Source: an uncultured delta proteobacterium
GTDB taxonomy: Bacteria > Desulfobacterota > WTBG01 > CAIYCZ01 > CAIRTM01
Assembly (NCBI GenBank): GCA_963804955.1
Contig: CAWDSQ010000017.1
Location: 1 to 18,348 of the forward strand
Length of the DNA stretch: 18,348 nucleotides
Direction: 5' to 3'
Shown here: one piece after another, positions 10,798 through 18,348 of the stretch
How the letters are laid out: every line of letters begins with the position of its first letter
How positions within the stretch are numbered: the first letter of the stretch is position 1
Notes under the pieces: model-generated
Databases searched by the model: none
Told to the model about the DNA's origin: nothing
Seen by the model: only the letters and a program-made list of their open reading frames with translations
Made by a program: the position numbers and the translations under genes

Positions 10798-10843
10798 TAT
10801 AAATAGTTTATAAGAATTAACTACTTTTGTTTTAGGGGGGCTT

Positions 10844-12606
10844 ATGCAATTCAAAAAATCGTTGTTCTTCCTGTCATTCATCAGTTGTCTGGTCCTGTCG
10901 TCTTCCGCTCTTGCCGCACAATGGGGGGATTTTACGTATAGGTTTGCGCAGCGACATAGCACTGTCGGAATCAGGGCTATATCGGTTCTGGCGGAGATGT
11001 TGTAATCCCCGATACCATTGACGGCATGTCTGTTGTAGCAATTATGGGGGACTATGTTTGAATGTGGGAGCCGCCAATGTATTACTATAAGATATTCTGG
11101 GGTGCGTTTATGAATTGCACCACGGTAACCAGCGTGACCATACCGAACAGTGTTACGTGGATTGGGTCTTATGCGTTTAAGGGTTGCACGCTTGACCAGC
11201 GTGAACATATCCCGACAACGTTACGAAGCATTGGAGAAGAGGCGTTTTCCGGCTGCGGAAGTTTAACCAGCGTGACTATTCCCGGCAGCATTAACCAGCA
11301 TTGGGGTTTATGCGCTTTTATGGCTGCAGCAGTTTGACTGGCGTTTATGGGATGCAAACGATCGTGCTATAGCGGCCAGGCTGGCAGTTCTTCACAATAA
11401 AGCCATGACAGACTCATTCAATGTCTGGCGGAAAGGCAGGTGCAGTGATCATCCCTGGCAGCGTTACGAGCATAGGGAAGACGCGTTTAGGGATTGCAGG
11501 GACTTAACCAACATTAGCCATACCCGGCAGCTGTTACGAGCATTATCAGGGATCATGCTTTTATGGGTGCACAGGTTTGACCAGTATAGATGTTGATCCA
11601 GGCAACCTCAATTATAGCAGTCAGGATGGAGTGCTGTACAACAAAGCCGAGACAGAATCTTATTCAGTATCCTATGCGCGAAAGACCTGGCGCATTTTAC
11701 AATTCCCTCTAGCGTTACGAGCATTGGTACTGATGCGTTTTATAGCTGCCCCGGCCTGACCAGCGTTACCATTCCAGACAGCGTTACGAGCATTGAGGAT
11801 CATGCTTTTTATCGCTGCAACGGTTTGACCAGTGTTACCATACCCGACAGTGTCACGAGCATTGGGGCTGGCGCTTTTACCGGTGCACTGGCTTGACCAG
11901 TGTGACCATAGGAAGCGGGTTGGCGTTCCTGCATGGATATGCATATTCTTGTATTTGGGCTTTGCTCTCAGCATCCTGCTTCATCTGCGTCAGCGAACAG
12001 TTCTTTAGTTGCTGCTGATGGGTGTTATGCATGTTCTGACGCCAGCCTTAGTTCTTTTTATAATTGTGAAAATTTGACCAGTGCATACTTTGAAGGGAAT
12101 GCTCCGAATATTTTATTGTATGGCACTTGCAACTTTTCTACGTGTTACAATATAACCCATGGCCCTATTTTATGGTTCCAAAGGTGATTTTACTGTTTAC
12201 TTATCATGCAGGAGCCACAGGGTTTACAAATCCGTGGTGTTTCAATGGCGGCAGCGAATGCTATCCTGTCGTCGAGTTGCCTCCTGCTTCCACAACCACC
12301 ACAACCAGCACAATACCGGCAGAACCCTGCACTGTGGAAATTTTTCCCCGCAGGCTCAGTAAGATGATCAATACCGTCATGGATCTGCAGGCTTTTATTA
12401 TCCGGGGCGATGAAAACTCTTCTTTTTCAAAGGCAACCGACATCGACTGGGGCACCCTGAGCGTAGAAACACTTATAAGGGCGGCTTTAAGCAAAAGGCT
12501 CATCATCGCCCTGGTGCTGGTTAACGGCAGCAATCAGGAGGTGGGTGATATCTATGACGTGACCGTTGATAATTGCACGGGAGAACTTCCTGTTAAGATG
12601 TTCTAA
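10844..12606 (+). CDS. Secreted BspA/TpLRR-type (LRR_5) leucine-rich-repeat surface protein, heavily frameshifted (pseudogene or poorly polished sequence)
   Basis: AGGGGGG RBS; signal peptide [32 protein letters not shown]; '[23 protein letters not shown]'. Repeats across frames include '[28 protein letters not shown]', '[21 protein letters not shown]', '[22 protein letters not shown]' and '[17 protein letters not shown]'. Cap '[12 protein letters not shown]', Thr-rich linker and an approximately 95-aa C-terminal domain. Confidence 0.88.
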
Positions 12607-12682
12607 AATTTCGTCATGTTTTGTCATTTTTGTGCCGAACATACAACAAAGACTCGAACTGGACAAACAGAGAGGCGCAATA

Positions 12683-13546
12683 ATGAAAAAAAGTTTTTCT
12701 TGTCTCACGGCATCACACTTTTTTTTTGCGGCAGTCATACTTTTTGCCTGTTCAATCATCCTCTCGCCGCACACCGCCTGTGCTCAAGACAACAAAACCA
12801 CTCAGGTAAAAAAGAAACTGGTTCTAGCTGCCGACGAATGGTGCCCGTATAACTGCGAACCCGGCTCCGCTAAGCCCGGCTATGTGATAGAGCTGGCAAA
12901 AATCATTTTTGAAAAAAAGGGTTACGAAGTTGACTACAAAATGATGCCCTGGGAACAGGCGAAGTCCGATGCCCTGCAGGGCAAAATGTCAGGCGCTATC
13001 GGCATGGATAAAGAAGAAGGGGAAGAAACAGAAAAAAAAGATGACCCGTCGGGGAAAAAGAAATTTCAATACCCGCAGAATGAAATCACCGTCAACACAA
13101 GCTGCTTTTTTGTACTGACGGAGAACAAATGGCAATTTGATCCTGAAAATCCCGATAAATCCCTGGCCGCCCTCGGCGGCAAAGTCGGAATTGCCCAGGG
13201 GTATGCTTTTGATCTGAGGGATACGCTTTTAGAGAAAAAAATGCTGGTTGAAGTCGGGGGCACGAGCCCCCTGCGGGAGCTGCTGATCATGCTGCTTGAG
13301 GGCAAAATCAAGGCCCTTATCGATGATCGAAATGTCGTTACGTACAAAGCTTACAGCATGAAGTGCGCCCGCAAAATACGAAGCGCGGGCATAGCCGAAG
13401 AGCCGGCAAAACTGTATATTGGATTCTGCCCTGACTGCAAAGCTGAGGCAGCTGTTTTTTCGCAGGGCCTTGATGAATTACGGGCTTCAGGAAAACTGAA
13501 GACCGTGCTGTCAAATTATTACCTTGATGACTGGAAAAACAAATAA
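12683..13546 (+). CDS. Periplasmic solute-binding protein, family 3 (amino-acid type)
   Basis: GAGG RBS, signal peptide MKKSFS...TACA; 'LVLAADEWCPYNC...GYVIELAKIIFEKKGYEVDYKMMPWEQA', 'KVGIAQGYAF', 'FSQGLDELRASGKLKTVLSNY'. Confidence 0.9.
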   Translation: MKKSFSCLTASHFFFAAVILFACSIILSPHTACAQDNKTTQVKKKLVLAADEWCPYNCEPGSAKPGYVIELAKIIFEKKGYEVDYKMMPWEQAKSDALQGKMSGAIGMDKEEGEETEKKDDPSGKKKFQYPQNEITVNTSCFFVLTENKWQFDPENPDKSLAALGGKVGIAQGYAFDLRDTLLEKKMLVEVGGTSPLRELLIMLLEGKIKALIDDRNVVTYKAYSMKCARKIRSAGIAEEPAKLYIGFCPDCKAEAAVFSQGLDELRASGKLKTVLSNYYLDDWKNK

Positions 13547-13644
13547 CACGGACACGGCCGTTTGAGAATCCTCTGCCACGCGCAGTACAGCCGTGAGATC
13601 ATCGCGATCGCTCGGCGGCACTGTCAGCCCTCTGACTGGCCGGA

Positions 13645-14406
13645 TTAATTGTTTCCCTCATCACTATCGTGCATCTGCTTGTGCAGCCTCACCGGCTCAA
13701 CCCGTTTATTCCGCATGCGGATATTGAGCATCTCCACGACCACTGAAAACGCCATGGCAAAATAGATATACCCCTTCGGGACATGTACATCGAAGCCTTC
13801 CACCATCAGCGTGACGCCCACTAAAATAAGAAACGAAAGAGCCAGAACTTTAACGGTCGGATGCTCATCAACGAAATCCCCTATGGATTTTGCAGCAAAC
13901 AGCATGACCCCTACAGCCAGGATGATGGCTGTCGCCATAACGGCAAAATGCCCGCCAAGGCCGACAGCCGTTATCACTGAATCCAGCGAAAAAACAATAT
14001 CCAGCACCGTGATCTGCACCAGCACCATGCCTATGCTTGCAGCAGCAGCAATGCCGGCCGTATCCTCTATGCCTTCCAGGCTGTTGTGTATTTCATGCGT
14101 CGCCTTGGCAAGAAGAAACAGCCCGCCCCCGATAAGAATAATATCGCGGCCTGAAATTTCCTGATTGAAGAGTACAAACCACGGCTCGGTCAGCTTCAAA
14201 ACCCAGGCAATGGAAAACAGCAGAGCCAGACGGCTGATCATGGCCAGCCCGAGCCCCATGCGCCTTGCAAAAGCACGCTGATTCTCGGGAAGGCGGCCGA
14301 CAAGAATTGAGATAAAAATAATATTGTCTATGCCCAGTACAATCTCCAGGGCTGTCAACGTTCCGAGCGCTATCCAGGCTTCGGGGTTTGTGAGCAGTTC
14401 CAGCAT
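13645..14406 (-). CDS. TerC family integral membrane protein (no CBS domains)
   Basis: GGAGG RBS before MLELLTNPEAW; 'LTALEIVLGIDNIIFISIL', 'GGLFLLAKATHEIH', 'QITVLDIVFSLDSVITAVG', 'HPTVKVLALSFLILVG', 'PKGYIYFAMAFSVVVEMLN'. Confidence 0.95.
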   Translation of the reverse strand: MLELLTNPEAWIALGTLTALEIVLGIDNIIFISILVGRLPENQRAFARRMGLGLAMISRLALLFSIAWVLKLTEPWFVLFNQEISGRDIILIGGGLFLLAKATHEIHNSLEGIEDTAGIAAAASIGMVLVQITVLDIVFSLDSVITAVGLGGHFAVMATAIILAVGVMLFAAKSIGDFVDEHPTVKVLALSFLILVGVTLMVEGFDVHVPKGYIYFAMAFSVVVEMLNIRMRNKRVEPVRLHKQMHDSDEGNN

Positions 14407-14474
14407 GAAATCCTCCGATCTTTTTTCCCATCCCGCAGTTATTAAGAAGATCATTAGTAAGCGGACAGAAATCT

Positions 14475-14551
14475 GAGATCGCCACGACCTTCGGCCTCGC
14501 GATGACAACACTCTGGTGTCATTGCGGGGAGTGAAGCGACGAAGCAATCTC
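14475..14551. repeat. REP-like doublet of the 'GTCATTGCGAG...GCAATCTC' type, back-to-back arms
   Basis: GAGATCGCCACGACCTTCGGCCTCGCGATGAC - aacactctggt - GTCATTGCGGGGAGTGAAGCGACGAAGCAATCTC; the ends are complementary. Confidence 0.8.
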
Positions 14552-14663
14552 GTCATACAAAGTCTAAATCATCCGGGCAATAAAACTAAATCAATTTCAT
14601 ATTGTCCGGTTACTTATGACCATCTTGGTAATTGAGCAGAAAGGTGATCTAATTCTCAAACAG

Positions 14664-15356
14664 CTATTGCAGACAGCTGCTTGATGTCGCGGTGGTGTTG
14701 TCCGGGATGATCCATTCGCATTCAGTATGCATAACGCGGTCACTCAGGATTCCCGGCAGGTTGATGAGCATTTTAAGCCCGTCCCCGGGATCAAAAGAAT
14801 CTTTCACGCCCCAGAGGGCCAGATAATCGCCGCCAACGTTATAAGGGTCCCAGTAATATAAATACCAGGTTCCGGGCTCGGTTATCGTATAGTCATAGTA
14901 ATCCGTAATGTAATAGGACTTTTTGCTGTACTGCTCATAGAAAAAGTTTCTTCCCGCTCCCGGCTCCGTATTTTTTATGACAATTGCCCCATAGCCTGCA
15001 GGAAGGGTAAAGGGGATATCTTCTGTTGGTGCCGGCAGCCCCGGACCGACAATGGCCAGCCATGGTAAAAATTCCGGCCCACCCTCACAGGCAGGGACAT
15101 TCACCCTGACGCGCAGGGTCACGCTGCCTTTTTCGCTGATCTCCTTTTGGGGAACGGTAAACCGGTACACATCGATATCGCTGCCTGAATTGAGATAGGC
15201 GTAAACGGCCTGACCCTTTTCTATAGTCCCCTTGATTCTAAAAGGCCATTTTTCTGTCAAATCCCGGCGTTCAACATTGGGCATATGTGCGGCAGCAGGC
15301 AGGGAAAACACGAATAGCCCGGCAATGAGAACACATCAACTCAATATGGTTTTCAT
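14664..15356 (-). CDS. Secreted hypothetical protein; in-frame TGA at codon 7 of the signal peptide
   Basis: AAGGAGG RBS then ATG at 15356, in frame with the 14664..15311 ORF: MKTILS*CVLIAGLFVFSLPAAA-HMPN. Beta-rich body 'AVYAYLNSGSDIDVYRFTV', 'LAIVGPGLP', 'PGTWYLYYWDP'. Confidence 0.75.
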
Positions 15357-15697
15357 CTGATAAAGCCTCCTTTTCAGTTACTGTTCAATTGTATCAGTGC
15401 CTTTAAATCTGTGTAAGCATGGTTCGCAGGGGGATGCATCAACGGCTGTGAAAACGCAGACTCTTGCCTTTGAGCACATGCAGGATGCAGACTTCTGCAC
15501 AGCCTGCATCTCCCTTATGGATAATGTGTTTTTCTTAGTAGTAAACATTGGACCTGTTGTCAATTTTTTACTGAGCAGCTCATCACGAATTCCCTTTGCG
15601 GCACGGCCCTGGGTTCATGGCATGTTTCGTCATCTGCAGCTGGAGCCAGAACATTTTCCTAAATACTGTAGCCTTCTCTCCTTCTGAACACCCTCTA

Positions 15698-15765
15698 CGT
15701 TCGCCCTGAGCCCTGAGCTTGGCGAAGGGTCGAGGGCGACTTTCGTTCAGTTCATGGTTCTACAA
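15698..15765. repeat. Degenerate copy of the 7416-7507 palindromic element
   Basis: 'cgttcgccctgagccctgagcttggcgaagggtcgagggcgactttcgttcagttcatggttctacaa' shares the blocks gttcg / cctgag / cgaaggRtcga / gcgactttc / atggttcKacaa with 7416-7507. Confidence 0.6.
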
Positions 15766-15833
15766 ACGGGCCTGCCCTGCGCATAAACTGCGGCTTCGAA
15801 ATAATGGAAAAAATGCTCCATCAAAGAAAAAAT

Positions 15834-15867
15834 AAAAAGCCTGCCATGAATCACGACAGGCTTTTTT
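15834..15867. terminator. Bidirectional intrinsic terminator downstream of the kinase-reductase gene
   Basis: aaaaagcctgcc-atgaatcac-gacaggctttttt: GC stem flanked by A and T tracts, about 30 bp past the stop at 15900. Confidence 0.75.
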
Positions 15868-15899
15868 CATACCAAAACCAGACAAGGAGACTGCCCTTT

Positions 15900-18333
15900 T
15901 TACTTCATCCCATGAACCCTCTCATAGGGCCACATCACAATGCCGCCGTCCATGACGCGCACCTTTGAAAACCCTGCGGCCTTGAGAATAAGTGCGGCCT
16001 CATAGCCGCGAATTGACAAGCGGCAAAACGCCACTATTTCTTTGTCTTTCGGGATTTCCGAAAGCCGGGAGCGCAGGGCGCCCGAGGGAATATGCATCGA
16101 GCCGGGCAGACGCACTTCTTCGTACTCCTGCGGCGAACTCACGTCCAGCATAACGAAATCCTCATGGCGCTGCATCTTGGCATGCACCTCCATGGGGCTG
16201 ATGCTCTCAAAAACGCCGTCAAGCTTGTTCTTGGCAATATTGGCGCCGGTGATGAGATTGTCCATGGCAAGTGAATACGGCGGAGCATAGCAGAGATCGA
16301 GATTGGCGATCTGATCCACCGTCATGCCTGCAGTGATAGCGGTCGTTGCCACATCGATACGCTTGTCGCCCTGCCCCGGCCCTGCCGCCTGCACACCCAG
16401 GAGCCGCCGCGACGGCGCGTCGACGATCAATTTCAGCATCAGTGGTTTGGCATTGGGCATAAAATGCTCGCGGTCGTGACGCGCCGGTAAGCACCGTCAC
16501 CACATCAAAGCCTGCATCGCGGGCATCGGCTTCGGTAAGCCCTGTGCGGGCGATACAGTACTCAAACACCTTGCAGACCACGGTGCCGAGCACGCCGGGA
16601 AAGGTATCGTTACCGCCGCAAATATTGACGGCCGCAATGCGGCCCTGTTTATTGGCCGTTGAGCCCATGGGCACGTATATGGGCTGCCCGGTAATGATAT
16701 CGATATTTTCCACGCAGTCGCCTGCGGCAAATATGTCGGGATCGGAGGTGAGCATGCGGTTGTCGACCCTGATGGCCTGCGTGGGGCCGATTTCCAGGCC
16801 TGCATTGCGGGCAAGCTCAACCTGGGGGCTTACGCCCACCCCGAGTATCACCATATCGGCCGGCAGCGTAGCCTTGTCGGTCACCACGCCCTCAACAAAC
16901 TCGGAGCCGGCAAATGACATGACGCGGGTATCGGTCATGACGCGCACGCCATTTGCCTCCATGTGCAGCTCCAGCAGCTGCGCCATTTCCCAGTCAAGGG
17001 TGCGCATGATCTGATTCAGGGCCTCAACGATAGTCACGCGGCAGCCGCGGGCCACCAGCGCTTCGGTCATTTCAACGCCGATGAGACCGCCGCCGACGAT
17101 AACCACATCGCGCGCCTTGCAGCTTGCAAGATGGGTGCGCACGCCTTCGGCATCGCGCACGCCGTGCAGGGTGTAGATATTGTTCAAATACGCACCGGGC
17201 AAAGGCGGTATGATGGGTGTGGCCCCTGTAGCCAGCACGAGCTTATCATAGCTGATCCAGCTTTCCCTGGATGAAATAAGATTTTTGATGCGCACGCGCT
17301 TGGCCGCGCGGTCGATTTCAAGGGCCTCGGTTCGGTTCAGAACATTGACATTTTTCAGATTTTGAAAAAAAACAGGGTCGCGCACGCAACCGAGAGGCGT
17401 GCTCATGAGTTCCTTCTGGTCCTTCACGACGCCCGAAACATAGTAGGGAAGGCCGCAGCCGGCATAGGAGAGAAACTCGCCCCGCTCAATGATGGTAACG
17501 GCGGTTTCAGGCTGAAGGCGAATGACCTTTGATGCAACCTTGGGACCCGCAGCAACGCCGCCGATGATGACCACCTTCATGCGGTCCTGGTCAAACAGCT
17601 CCGACTCCCGGGGGACCTGGTCGTCGGCAATGCGGGGCAGCACCATGGAGAACTCAGCCCCGCCGAAATCGGCCTTCTGAACCGAGATTCTGCCGCCGGC
17701 GGCATCAACCACAGCTTTAACAAAGGCAAGCCCGAGGCCCACGCCCGGCAGGGTCGTGTTCTGACACGCTTGCCGAACGGTAGAAGGGCTCGAATATCCT
17801 TTCGCGCTGGTCTTCAGGCACGCCGATGCCCGAATCAGCCACTGAAATGCATATGGAATCGTTCTGCAAGAAGCAACGAGTGTCAGGCGAACCTTACCAT
17901 TATCGGGGGTGTATTTCAGGGCATTGTTCACCAGGGCATTGAGCACCTCGGCAAAACCGGATTCGGCTATGCGTATATAGGCGGGCTCTATCTGGATATC
18001 AAGGCTCAGGGCTATATGGCGGCCACGGGCTTCCTCTGTCAGCTGGTGCTGTGCGCGGCGGACCACGGCTGCGGCTTCGCAGATGGAGTTGCCGTCGCCG
18101 CCGCTTGTTTCCGGCCGCACAATGGCCAGCATCCTGGTTACAGCATCAAGTGCCTCCTCGATGCGCCTGTCCGCCCGTGACACCAGATCTTTCTGCTTTG
18201 AATTGAGGCGGCCGGCATACTCCCCAAGTATCGTTTTGAGCAGCGATGCAGCCGCGCCGACAGGGGAGCGCAGCTGGTGGGCAACCAGAGCCGCAAATTG
18301 CAGGGGGTCTTCATGTCCTTTTTTTTCAGTCAT
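15900..18333 (-). CDS. Histidine kinase (HisKA + HATPase_c) fused to a CoA-disulfide/persulfide reductase-type FAD oxidoreductase with C-terminal rhodanese (frameshifts near 17870, 17770 and 16485)
   Basis: H-box 'VAHQLRSP', N-box 'LVNNALKYT', G1/F boxes '[24 protein letters not shown]' in an alternate frame (about 17775-17860), G2 '[10 protein letters not shown]'. Then FAD motif '[10 protein letters not shown]', redox Cys 'SYAGCGLPY', 'LATGA', NAD motif '[11 protein letters not shown]', 'IFAAGDC', dimerisation 'DLCYAPPY', and rhodanese 'AFCRLSIRG...VMDGG..MWPY'. Confidence 0.88.
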
Positions 18334-18348
18334 GGCTGCATGCTGCTA

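Noticed and set aside
10260..10813. Small ORFs containing IPAFAGMT, WMPDQVRHD or VIPAKAGI
   Set aside because: Translations of the CGTC REP doublet.
14407..14556. 50-aa N-terminal extension of TerC, or a yybP-ykoY riboswitch
   Set aside because: The extension is REP-derived and a GGAGG RBS marks ATG 14406. No riboswitch consensus was recognisable.
15336..15338. TGA as selenocysteine or recoded stop
   Set aside because: It lies in a signal peptide with no evident SECIS, and TGA is used as a normal stop elsewhere in the window.
15378..15687. Short ORFs and a GATGCAG/CTGCATC hairpin in the spacer
   Set aside because: No RBS or motif support; the hairpin is too short to be distinguished from chance.

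Overview
Bacterial chromosomal window with GC-rich coding regions. Gene content and codon style suggest a deltaproteobacterium/Desulfobacterota-like organism (inference). Many genes carry single-base frameshifts typical of an incompletely polished long-read assembly. From 1 to 7340 (+) lies a Bat/MoxR operon: BatD-like 3' end, MoxR AAA+ ATPase, DUF58, a TPR + parvulin-fold foldase, a BatD-like lipoprotein, and the VWA proteins BatA and BatB. Then come an ABC-F ATPase Uup (-), a YecA/UPF0149 protein (+), a badly disrupted BspA-type leucine-rich-repeat surface protein (+), an orphan family-3 solute-binding protein (+), a TerC-family membrane protein (-) and a secreted hypothetical protein (-). 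The last gene (-) is an apparent fusion of a sensor-less histidine kinase core (HisKA + HATPase_c) to a CoA-disulfide/persulfide reductase with a C-terminal rhodanese domain, and is the most unusual coding feature. The non-coding DNA is also structured: inverted arrays of a degenerate 9-mer fill several Bat-operon spacers, and at least five different REP-like palindromic element families occur, one cluster apparently in frame within a gene's 5' end.
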